From Bacteroidales bacterium (GTDB lineage: Bacteria; Bacteroidota; Bacteroidia; Bacteroidales; CAIWKO01), in the NCBI GenBank assembly GCA_035389045.1, contig DAOORA010000019.1, positions 1 to 64,000 of the forward strand: a DNA stretch of 64,000 nt, in the 5' to 3' direction. Below, piece by piece: positions 18,648 to 28,731 of this stretch. The notes beneath the pieces are model-generated. The model was not told where the DNA came from. It saw only the letters and a list, made by a program, of their open reading frames with translations, and did no database searches. Made by a program: the position numbers and the translations under genes. How positions within the stretch are numbered: the stretch's first letter is position 1; every line of letters begins with the position of its first letter.

Positions 18648-18768
18648 TTTCAAAAATCCCGTTCAACAATCAATGAACATATTCTGAATATTTACGAAGA
18701 AAAAGAGCTTGATACTGAACAATCTATGAGAAAAATCGGAATTCCGATTTTTCTACAAAACCAACAAA
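18648..18768 (+). pseudogene. frameshifted fragment of a RhuM-family (virulence RhuM / Fic-associated) gene
   Basis: Translates FQKSRSTINEHILNIYEEKELDTEQSMRKIG, then after a 1-nt shift SDFSTKPT, matching the RhuM N-terminal signature as recalled. No start codon, truncated. Confidence 0.7.
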
Positions 18769-18819
18769 GCGCTTAAAGAAGCGAGTGAAGAAATTGAGAA
18801 AATATTAATTGGATAATTT

Positions 18820-20520
18820 ATGCAAATACCACTTAAGCAATTCGAACAATATATTGACGAAACCATACTAAAACGAGGTTTATCGTATTTTAAAAACGGA
18901 CATGTTCACGAACCCGAAGAAATTAGTCCGGGCGAGTACGATGCCATTGTTGAAGGAACCGAAGATTATACTGTGCAAATTACTCTTAAAAATGGGATTA
19001 TAACTGAGCACGTGTGCGATTGCCCTTATGATTTTGGACCAGTTTGTAAACATGTGGCTGCCGTGATTTTTTATCTGCAACAAGACGAGTTGGAACTGAA
19101 TAAAAAAACTAAGAGAGCAAAAACAGACCAAACCGCTAAACCGGCAAAACGAAAAACAGTAGCCCGGCAGGTTGATGAATTACTGGAAAAAGCAACCCAT
19201 GATGAACTTAAACAATTTATACGTGACAAAGCTTCTGCAAACGCACCGTTTAGAAATCTGTTCCTTTCTTCGTTTGCCCAGTACAATTCCGATGAATCGA
19301 AAGAACTGTATGTAAAGCAGGTAAAATCAATCCTTCAAACGGCTTCCGACAGGCATGGTTTTATCGACTGGTCGGCTTCAAGGATTGTAGGCAATGCCGT
19401 TGACAACCTTTTGGAATCGGCGCAAAAACAGATAAACAACCGCAATTATAAAAGCGCTGTTTTTATTTGTACTGCCGTAATGGAACAAATGTCCGAAGCC
19501 TTGCAATATTCAGATGACAGCAATGGCGATATTGGCGGAAGTGTTCATGCTGCTTATGAAATGCTTTTTGCTATTGCACAGGAACAATTACCTGAAGAGA
19601 TCAGGAAACTAATCATTGAATATTGTTTCACTTCTTTTGACAAACAAATTTATTCGGGCTGGGATTGGCATATAGGTGTTTTGCGTTTTGCCGCTTTTCT
19701 TTTAAAAACAGAAGATGAAATTGATCGTATTTTTAAACAAATTGATAAAGCGCAAAGGTCAGATTACGAGAGAGAAGAAGCACAAAGTATTAAGTACGAT
19801 ATATTGCTAAAAACCAAAGGAGAAAATGCTGCAGAAAAATATCTGGAGCAAAACATTACAAATTCCAACCTGAGACGGGAAGCTATTCAAAAAGAATTGA
19901 AAAAGAGAAATTTTGAAAAAGCGATTTCATTAGCTGAAGACGGTGTAAGTTATGATTTGAAAGACAGACCAGGATTGGCAAAAGAATGGTATGACTGGTT
20001 GTTAAAAATAGCACAAGCCCAAAACGATTCTGAAAAAATTATTGAGTACGCTCGTATGCTATTTATTGACAATTTCAGGAATGAGCAGGATTATTACCAA
20101 ATACTGAAACAGCATGTAAAACCTGATAAATGGAATGCATTTGTTGAAGCAGTTATACAGGATATTACAACTAAAAAAAGATGGCCTGACACAGGATTAA
20201 TTGCAAGTATTTTAATAAACGAAGAATGGTGGGACAGACTTTTAGAATTGGTAAAAAAATCACCAGATTTAAACACAATTGACCATTACGAGAAATATCT
20301 TTCTAAGAATTATTCAGATGAGATAGTCGAATTATATACAAATGGAATTATTAAATACATGAAAAACAGCATGGGTAGAGACCATTACCAAAATGCGTGC
20401 AGATATATCCGTAAGATTATTAAGATTGGAGCAAGAAACAAAGCAAATGAAATTATTTCATACTTGAGAACCGAATATCCTAAAAGGAAAGCATTAATGG
20501 AAGAACTGGCCAGGATATAA
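18820..20520 (+). CDS. SWIM zinc-finger protein with helical C-terminal region
   Basis: ILKRGLSYF, VEGTEDYTV, CDCPYDFGPVCKHVAAV (CxC...CxH), DDSNGDIG, YPKRKALMEEL. Confidence 0.85.
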   Translation: MQIPLKQFEQYIDETILKRGLSYFKNGHVHEPEEISPGEYDAIVEGTEDYTVQITLKNGIITEHVCDCPYDFGPVCKHVAAVIFYLQQDELELNKKTKRAKTDQTAKPAKRKTVARQVDELLEKATHDELKQFIRDKASANAPFRNLFLSSFAQYNSDESKELYVKQVKSILQTASDRHGFIDWSASRIVGNAVDNLLESAQKQINNRNYKSAVFICTAVMEQMSEALQYSDDSNGDIGGSVHAAYEMLFAIAQEQLPEEIRKLIIEYCFTSFDKQIYSGWDWHIGVLRFAAFLLKTEDEIDRIFKQIDKAQRSDYEREEAQSIKYDILLKTKGENAAEKYLEQNITNSNLRREAIQKELKKRNFEKAISLAEDGVSYDLKDRPGLAKEWYDWLLKIAQAQNDSEKIIEYARMLFIDNFRNEQDYYQILKQHVKPDKWNAFVEAVIQDITTKKRWPDTGLIASILINEEWWDRLLELVKKSPDLNTIDHYEKYLSKNYSDEIVELYTNGIIKYMKNSMGRDHYQNACRYIRKIIKIGARNKANEIISYLRTEYPKRKALMEELARI

Positions 20521-20657
20521 ATCGCAAAACTTATGCCCACGCATTTGTTTGCAAATATGTAATACGCACGAGCCGGGAGTAAAACCATAAATTGCAAAAG
20601 AGCCACCAAAGTAACGCATGGTAGACAGAAACAAAGCAGCAAAACGATCAATTTAAT

Positions 20658-21428
20658 TTACATTAGTTTGAAACTGATCGGCATATTGAACTGCACCCTT
20701 ACTTCTTTGCCGTTCTGACGTCCGGGTTTCCACTTTGGCATGGAGCCGATCACCCTCGTAGCTTCTTCATCACAGCCACCGCCTATGCCCCGTAAAATGG
20801 CCACATTGGAAATATTGCCGTCTTTTTCAACGACAAAAGTAAGATGGACGGTTCCCTGTATGCCGCTTTCTTTTGCAACTTTGGGATATTTGATGCTCTC
20901 GCTCAGAAATCTGACCCTGGCTTCGTTACCTCCCGGAAATTCAGGCCATTCTTCCACGAACGTGTGAATTTTTAATTCATCACCTTCGTCAATTATTTTT
21001 GTATCGGGTGTATTGTCAGGGATGTCAACAATATCACCGGCAGTGTCCGCAGGATTTGTATTCTGTACATGGTCAATCAGGTCCGAAAGATCATCGGGCA
21101 CATCAACATCTGTATCGATCACCACAGGAGCTTTAAATGCAGGGATCCTCTTTTTTTCGACAGGGATTTCCGGAAGTTTATCTGGTATTTTATCCTTTGT
21201 CATAGTATTTAGTACAACAGTAGGATCAACGTACGAAACAACAGTTTTGTCATTATTGAAAAAGCCGGCTAACAGTGGTACCGAAACGCCGAGAAGGAAA
21301 ATTACTATGGCAATGATTATCGCCGACATCATATTTTTATTGTAATTTTTACGGAGTGCGTATGCCCCGTAATCCTTGTTCCTGTGTTCAAAGATGATGT
21401 CATCCAGGTTTTTTTCTAAGTTTTTCAT
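20658..21428 (-). CDS. tonB: energy transducer TonB
   Basis: DIIFEHRNKDYGAYALRKNY, TM segment, PEFPGG, IKYPKVAKESGIQGTV, WKPGRQNGKEVRV. Confidence 0.9.
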   Translation of the reverse strand: MKNLEKNLDDIIFEHRNKDYGAYALRKNYNKNMMSAIIIAIVIFLLGVSVPLLAGFFNNDKTVVSYVDPTVVLNTMTKDKIPDKLPEIPVEKKRIPAFKAPVVIDTDVDVPDDLSDLIDHVQNTNPADTAGDIVDIPDNTPDTKIIDEGDELKIHTFVEEWPEFPGGNEARVRFLSESIKYPKVAKESGIQGTVHLTFVVEKDGNISNVAILRGIGGGCDEEATRVIGSMPKWKPGRQNGKEVRVQFNMPISFKLM

Positions 21429-21568
21429 GGCTTTGCATTTTATATGGGTTAAACACTTTGTTGTTTTCTATTACAATAGTACAACATGCAAAGGCCTGCT
21501 GAAGTCATAAAGCAGTATTACTGCAATTTGAAACAGTTAATGGAACGTAATGACAAGAAAAAGGAATG

Positions 21569-22333
21569 TTATTTTTGAGCTGCGACAAAAAAATCGAAAC
21601 ATTTTTCAGTGGCTTTTTCGATGTAAAAATCGTCGGTAAGTACCTTTTGTACCAGTGATGTATTAGATTTCATCAGCTTGTTGCGGTTCATACGGTTGGC
21701 CAGGTCGTAAGGTATCCGGAGCAGCCATCGGGGAAGGATATACTGAAGTTTTAATATGTCAAAACGGGTAAATTTTTCTACGGAACGGCGGTTTTCTTCA
21801 TAATATGACATGACTTTTTCGTTGCCGTACACCCCATTGATTTCAAAGGAAGAAAATGCTTTTTCAAGAAGGTCATTCATCTGTTTAAGATTGTATTCCC
21901 TGACATGCCAGGGGTTTCGTGTCAGTGACATGGTAATGTTGGGTGTGGTAAGCAGCAATCTGCCTCCGGGTTTGAGTACGCGTTTTATTTCTGATAAAAA
22001 CAAAAGGTCGTTTTTGATATGTTCAATAACCTGGAAGGTGACGACGGTATCAAAATAATTATCATCGAAACCGGAGAGTGGGGGCACGTTCATCTGTCTG
22101 AACACTATTTTGGAATCATCAGAAGAAACAGGCGTGGCATGTTTGTCAACGGCGTAATACTCTGAGGAACAGGGTGCCAGAATTTTTATACCATATCCCT
22201 CGCCGCTGCCAATCTCAAGGACTTTGCCCTTACAAAGCTTTGCGGCCTCGCGGTAAGCGATCAGATGTCTGTGATGTATCACATTATCTTCGGGAAGAAT
22301 ACCCGAGTTGCGTTCGGCGGTTTTAATACTCAT
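21569..22333 (-). CDS. class I SAM-dependent methyltransferase
   Basis: VLEIGSGEGYG, FDTVVTFQVIEHI, RVLKPGG, TTPN, NPWHVREY. Confidence 0.88.
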   Translation of the reverse strand: MSIKTAERNSGILPEDNVIHHRHLIAYREAAKLCKGKVLEIGSGEGYGIKILAPCSSEYYAVDKHATPVSSDDSKIVFRQMNVPPLSGFDDNYFDTVVTFQVIEHIKNDLLFLSEIKRVLKPGGRLLLTTPNITMSLTRNPWHVREYNLKQMNDLLEKAFSSFEINGVYGNEKVMSYYEENRRSVEKFTRFDILKLQYILPRWLLRIPYDLANRMNRNKLMKSNTSLVQKVLTDDFYIEKATEKCFDFFVAAQK

Positions 22334-22341
22334 AGGTTTGC

Positions 22342-22998
22342 TTAATTTGTGAAAAGTGCTGAATTATCTGAACCTTTCAGATCGCAGGGGATAGCTTTAA
22401 AATAATATCCCTTCCTGTGAAAATGGTCTAAGAAACCGGGCAGGACGGCTTTGAGGTTTTTCTGAGCTTTAATACTGTCGTGAAAGACCACAATAGAGCC
22501 TTTTTTGGTTGAGGAGATGGTTTTTTCCAAGCATGTTTCGGGAGTGATCGCAGGGTCGAAATCGCCACTGAGAACAGTCCAATAGATCAGTTTAAAGTGT
22601 TTTTTTATCAGGTTACGCTGAATAAATGAAATCTTGCCGTAAGGAGGCCTGAATAAATCGGTATGGAAATGTTTTCTGCATTTCAGGATATTGAACACAT
22701 AGTCAATCCGGTTCGATTTCCATCCGTTAAGATGGTTAAAGGTGTGATTTCCAATACTGTGTCCGCGTTTTTTTATTTCGCTGAAAATATCCTTGTTTTT
22801 GCGAACATTATCCCCGACACAAAAAAATGTCGCCTTGGCATTATATTTATCCAATTGTTCAAGAACCCAGGGAGTAACTTCAGGAACCGGACCGTCATCG
22901 AAAGTAACATAGATGTCATCACCCTCGCCTTCGATACACCACAGATCGTTGGGGCGGTAAAGTTTTGAAAGTAAAAAAGGCGTCTTCGTCAGGTACAT
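22342..22998 (-). CDS. polysaccharide deacetylase (CE4/NodB)
   Basis: TFDDGP, ATFFCVG, GNHTFNH, FRPPYG, GSIVVFHDS. Confidence 0.92.
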   Translation of the reverse strand: MYLTKTPFLLSKLYRPNDLWCIEGEGDDIYVTFDDGPVPEVTPWVLEQLDKYNAKATFFCVGDNVRKNKDIFSEIKKRGHSIGNHTFNHLNGWKSNRIDYVFNILKCRKHFHTDLFRPPYGKISFIQRNLIKKHFKLIYWTVLSGDFDPAITPETCLEKTISSTKKGSIVVFHDSIKAQKNLKAVLPGFLDHFHRKGYYFKAIPCDLKGSDNSALFTN

Positions 22999-23049
22999 GT
23001 CAGGCGTAATATTATTTACAAAGAAAATAATAATTTTTCAAAATGGACT

Positions 23050-23104
23050 TAGAAATTGTTTTGATTTTATCTTTTCATATCTTTATGCGTCTTTTTTGCT
23101 GCAA
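23050..23104 (-). repeat. 55-bp dispersed repeat, copy 2
   Basis: Exact reverse complement of positions 1-55. Confidence 0.9.
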
Positions 23105-23200
23105 CTTCGTTATACCGATTGCCAATAGTTTAAAAATTAGAAAAGCGTTTATAACTTAATATTACGCATTTGTTTCTGTTGAAAACATGAGATTTTTCTC

Positions 23201-23402
23201 TTACTTTTTTGCGTGTCCAAAAAAGTAAGCAAAAAAGGACCTCCTGGCGAATGCTTCCTCCCGCTCTCAGAAAACATTGAAAATCTATGCAAAGTAGTCC
23301 TGACGCAGCATAGCTGGTCAGGAAACCCCGCCTGTGGCGGGGCCTTTGCAGATTTTCAAATGTTTTCTGATTCACGCCACCGCCAGCTCGCACGCCAGGA
23401 AT
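23201..23402. repeat. nested palindromic dispersed element, copy B
   Basis: Hairpin ttacttttttg-N6-caaaaaagtaa; outer IR tcctggcg/cgccagga; long IR tcagaaaacattgaaaatctatgcaaag / ctttgcagattttcaaatgttttctga; inner hairpins tcctga..tcagga and ccccgcc-tgt-ggcgggg. Confidence 0.88.
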
Positions 23403-23510
23403 AGCCCGCGCGCCAAATATCGGCTAGCCTATCCCTAAAAAAACCGAATTGTTTCGTAGAAATCCGCCGCAGCGGATCAAAAAAGTTTCTTAAAAAACTG
23501 AAATTCGCGT

Positions 23511-26500
23511 TTACCGTGATGAAGTGTGAATATCGCTGAGCTGTTTTTCAAGGGCAGGCTGGTTAAATGTTTTTGAGATCTGACGTAACTTCTCCAGCAG
23601 ATCGAGTGATTCGTTTCTTTCTGTATCAGTATAAATGGCATTGATACCCGTAAACTGGTCCAGGTATTTAAGTTCCTGCCGGCAATATTCTCCGAGCCGG
23701 CTGGCAATTTGATATGCTTTGTCATTTTTTCCGCACTGATAATACACATTTATTACCGGCAGAAGCATGTGGTTGTATGGAACGGTATGGTCGGGCATTA
23801 CTTCGATGCACTTGTCGCAGACACTAAGGGCCATTTCGGATTTACCTTCATATTGCAAGGCGGTTGCCAGGCGGCCAAAGAGATTGCGCAGCGTATTTGT
23901 CATGCGCATATTAGTTTCGTCAAGATAGATACCCGGATGGTTCATTTGGCCATATCTGAATTTATTCATCATATTTTCATACATGATGGCCGTGTTGACC
24001 CTTCCGGTCTGTTTGTCGATGGAATGGCAGCGATAAGGTACAAGCCGGTATGCAAGGCCTTCAAGCTGGAGATAATCAACCAGGCTCATATAGGCATCAT
24101 CACCCGTGGTAGTAGCAAAATATACCGGACGTTTCCAATTCAGTTCAGATAAAATACTCAGTGCTATGAGGTTGTTTTTCTGAACGATATAATCAGAATA
24201 TTTCCAAAATATCTGGGGGTTCACCGAATCCTTAAATTCGGGAGGAACACTACCATTATTTAATACGAATGCGGTGTCGACCGGCAATAAAAACTTTGAT
24301 GTCGGAAAATAATTCAACATTCCTTTATATGTGTTTACCATTAATGATTCATCGTCGCTGGTGGCAAAATCGATAAGGGCTTTTACGTTTAAATAGGTAT
24401 CTGCCTTTACCACGGCGGTATCGTCATACATCAGGGTAAGATCACGTTTTGATGCAATGTATTTTTTCTTATCCAGTGTAACCGGCAAAGGTTCTGAATC
24501 ATAAAATTTATATTTCATCTGATCGATGTACCAGTCCATATTCAGAAGACTCAGGTTTACCACGCGGACATCTTTACGAACCCCTTCCACTTCCTGTGCG
24601 TACCAAAGGGGAAAGGTGTCATTATCGCCCAGGGTGAATAAAATGGCATCTGGAGCACATGAATTCAGGTAATCAGAGGCTATATCTATCGTGGTATACC
24701 GGCCGGAACGATCATGATCATCCCAGCCTTGTTTGGCCATGATTACCGGCACGAGCAAAAAACACAAAAAAACTGCCAGGGATGATAAGATTTTTGGATT
24801 GATATATTTTTTTAATTTCAATAAAAGTTGGGTCAGCCCCAGAACACCAAAGCCTATCCAGACAGCAAAGGCGTAAAACGATGCAGCATAGGCATAATCC
24901 CTTTCGCGGGGTTGATAAGGCACCGGATTGAGGTACACATTAATGGCCAGTCCGGTAAAAATGAACAACAACATGACAACGATAAAACCTTTTACATCCT
25001 TGTTGAGTTGTATAAAAAAACCAATCAGTCCCAGAAGCAGGGGCAACATGTAGAAATAATTACGGCCTTTGTTGCCTGCATACGTTTCGGGCAAATGATC
25101 CTGGGTGCCAAGCCTTACTTTATCAAGAAATTTTATTCCTGTCATCCAGTTGCCGTTCAGCAGCCCGCCATAACCCTGTTGATCATTCTGTCTTCCAGAA
25201 AAGTTCCACATAAAATAACGGAGATACATATGTCCAACCTGGTAAGTAAAAAAGAAACGAAGGTTTTCCAAAAATGTCGGTTTGTTGATTATTTCACGTG
25301 TGCCATCCCTGTTGGCAACCATAACCGGTGTGCCGTCCATTTCACTCCACGACTGATACCCTCTGGCATGTAAGTCGGACTGATTGCTCCACATACGCGG
25401 AAAAAACGTATAGAATTGTTTGTCGTAATTGGGTTCTGAAAATTTTCGTTCATCCACAACGACATATTTTTTTGCTTTGTCATCGCGGGCGTATAAAGGC
25501 TTCCCGGCAATATAAGGCTCTTTATTGTCGAGAGGTGCGTTGAAATAAGGCCCATATAACAATGGCCAGTCGCCATATTGTTCACGGTTCAGATAACCTA
25601 AAAGACTAATCGCATCTTTGGGGGAGTTTTCATTTATTGGCGTATTGGCATTGGAACGAATCACCAGAACCAAAAAAGAGGAATATCCGATTAGAATAAA
25701 TGCAACTGATAAAAATACTGTGTTCAAAACCGTTTTTCCGTTTTTACGTGAAAATATCAATCCCCCGGTAATCAGCCCTGCCAGGACAATGAAATAAATG
25801 ACTGTACCGGAATTAAAAGGTAAACCGATGATGTTTACAAAGAATAGTTCGAAATATCCGGCCAGTTTTACAGTCCAGGGTATGATGCCGGATTGTACGA
25901 ACCCCAGGATCAATATGGACAATACCAAGGTGAGTATCAGGTTTTTTTTCGATTGTTTGCCTTTTCTGAAATAATAAACCATGGTCATGGCAGGTATACA
26001 CAACAGGTTCAGAAGATGAACGCCTATGGACAAACCCGTCATAAAAGCTATAAAAACGATCCACCTGTTGGCATAAGGTTCATCGGCAACTTCTTCCCAC
26101 TTCAGGATTGCCCAGAATACTATAGCCGTAAAAAAAGAGGATGTGGCGTATACTTCACCTTCAACAGCCGAAAACCAGAACGAGTCGGAGAACGTATAAG
26201 CCATGGCGCCGACAAATCCTGCACCCAGCACGGTAATCATTTCATGGGTTTTTATTTCATCTGAGAGGAAAGTAATTTTTTTTACAAGCGCCGTAATTGT
26301 CCAGAACAGGAAAAGTATCGTAAAACCGCTTGCCAGTGCCGACATGGTATTGATCATACGGGCAACAAGAGTTACATCACCGAAAGCAAATAATGAAAAA
26401 AACCGGCCCAGGAGTTGAAATAACGGTGCGCCGGGAGGGTGGCCGACCTGTAGTTTATAGGCAGTGGAGATATATTCACCGCAATCCCAATAACTTGCGG

Positions 26501-26588
26501 CAGGTTCAGCAGTGAGGATGTAAACCGTAGAAGCAATCAGAAAAATGATCCATCCGGAAACAGTATTCAGAAATTTATATTGCTTCAT
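23511..26588 (-). CDS. DUF2723 / TMEM260-like GT-C membrane glycosyltransferase
   Basis: SYWDCGEYI, QVGHPPGAPLF, FWFSAVEGEVYA, GVHLLNLL, PRERDYAY, WDDHDRSGRY, GDNDTFPLWYAQEVEG. Confidence 0.9.
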   Translation of the reverse strand: MKQYKFLNTVSGWIIFLIASTVYILTAEPAASYWDCGEYISTAYKLQVGHPPGAPLFQLLGRFFSLFAFGDVTLVARMINTMSALASGFTILFLFWTITALVKKITFLSDEIKTHEMITVLGAGFVGAMAYTFSDSFWFSAVEGEVYATSSFFTAIVFWAILKWEEVADEPYANRWIVFIAFMTGLSIGVHLLNLLCIPAMTMVYYFRKGKQSKKNLILTLVLSILILGFVQSGIIPWTVKLAGYFELFFVNIIGLPFNSGTVIYFIVLAGLITGGLIFSRKNGKTVLNTVFLSVAFILIGYSSFLVLVIRSNANTPINENSPKDAISLLGYLNREQYGDWPLLYGPYFNAPLDNKEPYIAGKPLYARDDKAKKYVVVDERKFSEPNYDKQFYTFFPRMWSNQSDLHARGYQSWSEMDGTPVMVANRDGTREIINKPTFLENLRFFFTYQVGHMYLRYFMWNFSGRQNDQQGYGGLLNGNWMTGIKFLDKVRLGTQDHLPETYAGNKGRNYFYMLPLLLGLIGFFIQLNKDVKGFIVVMLLFIFTGLAINVYLNPVPYQPRERDYAYAASFYAFAVWIGFGVLGLTQLLLKLKKYINPKILSSLAVFLCFLLVPVIMAKQGWDDHDRSGRYTTIDIASDYLNSCAPDAILFTLGDNDTFPLWYAQEVEGVRKDVRVVNLSLLNMDWYIDQMKYKFYDSEPLPVTLDKKKYIASKRDLTLMYDDTAVVKADTYLNVKALIDFATSDDESLMVNTYKGMLNYFPTSKFLLPVDTAFVLNNGSVPPEFKDSVNPQIFWKYSDYIVQKNNLIALSILSELNWKRPVYFATTTGDDAYMSLVDYLQLEGLAYRLVPYRCHSIDKQTGRVNTAIMYENMMNKFRYGQMNHPGIYLDETNMRMTNTLRNLFGRLATALQYEGKSEMALSVCDKCIEVMPDHTVPYNHMLLPVINVYYQCGKNDKAYQIASRLGEYCRQELKYLDQFTGINAIYTDTERNESLDLLEKLRQISKTFNQPALEKQLSDIHTSSR

Positions 26589-26962
26589 AAAAGGTTTTTT
26601 GCAGAGCGAAATTAACTAAAAAAACCGTCAGCGATGCTTTACTCCGAAAAAATATATGTTTAACAGGTTGATATAAGGCGACTTTTCAAGCTTTTTGCAA
26701 ACACGCGTTTTCTTTCCGACGAACTAATAAAACATTTCATTAAATATGATTGCCGGAGGAGTTAACTTCATTATTTTTTTTTGAATAATAGCTCAATCGA
26801 TATATCTTACAAATGATATTAATGATCAGAGTCGTGTGCAAGGGCTGTTGTCATTACAACAGGATATCAGGCTTAAACAAGGCCACGATTATGCTCATGC
26901 AGGAAAAAACTTCTTTTGCCGGCAGATTTCACTAATTTTGCATTTCATATTATGTTTCCTTT

Positions 26963-28717
26963 ATGAAAATAAAATTCAGATTGTTCATTGTTCTGTCCAT
27001 CTTAACATACAATTCATTTGCACAGAGCTATGATATATGTTCACATATAAAAATTCTTGCTTCGGATTCTCTTACAGGACGCAAACCGGGAACTCCTGGA
27101 ATTGATATGTCTGCAGCGTATATAAGGTCGGTATTTCAGGCTGTAGGGCTGAAATTATATGGAGACAACGGATTTCAGAAATTTGACGTGGTAACCGATG
27201 TTGAGCTGGGAGCAGGAAATAGTTTTGTTTATAACAATCACTCTTTTGTGCCGGGGAAGGATTATATCCCCTATTCATTCAGTATTGATACAACGATCAG
27301 CGCATCATGTGTTTTTGCCGGCTATGGCTTCAGCATCAAAAATGACAGTATCAACTGGGACGATTATGAAAATACTGATGTGAAAAACAAATGGGTTATT
27401 GTACTGCGGGGCCTTCCTGAATTGAAAAAAGCAAAAAACCGTTTTGAAGATTACAGTTCCGACCGCAGTAAGGCGCTGACGGCAAAAGACCATGGGGCGG
27501 CTGGTATCCTTCTGGTCACAGGAGAGAAGATGAGCAAGACCGATGAACTGATCCCGCTCAGCTATGAGAAAAGCAAAGCGCGGTCGGACATTGCTGTGAT
27601 AAACATCACCCGAAATGCAACCGATAAAATACTGGTATCATCTCATAAAACTCTTGGCCAGTTGGAATACACCATCGACAGCACATTGAAGCCGCTGAAA
27701 ATGGAATTGCCTGTTACTGTCAAAGCAAAGATAAAGATTGATCAGAAAACAGAAGTAACTTCAAATGTTGTTGCAATGTGTATGAACCGGCAAAAAAGTG
27801 ATGATTATATTATAATCGGAGCGCATTACGATCATCTTGGCATGGGTGGCAAGAATTCGGGATCACGAAGCCCGGATACCAATGCGGTGCATAACGGAGC
27901 CGACGATAATGCCTCGGGAACCGCGCTTTTACTGGAAATGGCTAACTACTATGCAAAATCCGGGCATAAAACAAAGTATAATATTATATTTGTTGCATTC
28001 AGCGCCGAGGAAATGGGCTTGCTGGGATCTTCCTGGTTTGTTAAGCATTTGCCCGTTGAAAAGGAGAAAATAAAATTGATGTTGAATTTTGATATGGTCG
28101 GCAGATTGAATGTCTTAAAAACTTTATCGGTCGGGGGAACAGGTACTTTTCCTGACGCTGAAAAAATAGTAAACCAGAATGTGGATACTGCCATACTGAA
28201 AATAGTATTCAGCAAAGAGGGATACGGGCCATCAGACCATGCTTCTTTTTATGCCGATAGTATTCCTGTCCTTTATTTTAACACGGGAGTTCATCAGGAT
28301 TACCACATGCCCTCTGATGATGCAGATAAGGTCAATTGCAACGGATTACAGTCGATAGCCGGCTTTGTTATAAAAATTATTGATGATATTGGCAAAAACG
28401 ATTATGATCTTTCCTATCATGAAGCAGGTCCTAAAGACAGAAGCAGCCAGCGTATGGGACTGAAGGTAACGCTTGGCATCATGCCTGATTTTACCAGGCA
28501 GGATATTAAGGGTGTTCCGGTGGGTGCTGTGAACGAGGAAGGCCCCGCACATAAGGGTGGAATGAAAAAAAACGATGTGATTATTGCCATTGATGGCAAA
28601 ACCGTAAACGACATTTATGAATACATGGCACGGCTGAAAACCTTAACTGCCGGCCAGATCATAAGCGTTGATATTATCAGGGACGGGAAGAAAGAAGCGC
28701 TTTTTATTCAACTTTAA
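26963..28717 (+). CDS. M28 family peptidase with PA and PDZ domains
   Basis: LASDSLTGR, VFAGYG (PA), IGAHYDHLG, NGADDNASG, FSAEEMGLLGS, NFDMVGR, SDHASF, DYH; C-terminal LGIMPD...GPAHKGG (PDZ). Confidence 0.92.
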   Translation: MKIKFRLFIVLSILTYNSFAQSYDICSHIKILASDSLTGRKPGTPGIDMSAAYIRSVFQAVGLKLYGDNGFQKFDVVTDVELGAGNSFVYNNHSFVPGKDYIPYSFSIDTTISASCVFAGYGFSIKNDSINWDDYENTDVKNKWVIVLRGLPELKKAKNRFEDYSSDRSKALTAKDHGAAGILLVTGEKMSKTDELIPLSYEKSKARSDIAVINITRNATDKILVSSHKTLGQLEYTIDSTLKPLKMELPVTVKAKIKIDQKTEVTSNVVAMCMNRQKSDDYIIIGAHYDHLGMGGKNSGSRSPDTNAVHNGADDNASGTALLLEMANYYAKSGHKTKYNIIFVAFSAEEMGLLGSSWFVKHLPVEKEKIKLMLNFDMVGRLNVLKTLSVGGTGTFPDAEKIVNQNVDTAILKIVFSKEGYGPSDHASFYADSIPVLYFNTGVHQDYHMPSDDADKVNCNGLQSIAGFVIKIIDDIGKNDYDLSYHEAGPKDRSSQRMGLKVTLGIMPDFTRQDIKGVPVGAVNEEGPAHKGGMKKNDVIIAIDGKTVNDIYEYMARLKTLTAGQIISVDIIRDGKKEALFIQL

Positions 28718-28731
28718 TACCGGACAGTACG

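Noticed and set aside
18195..23404. ORFs 18195-18473, 23130-23393 and 23213-23404 that resemble each other
   Set aside because: Similarity comes from the shared palindromic DNA element; no protein-family features
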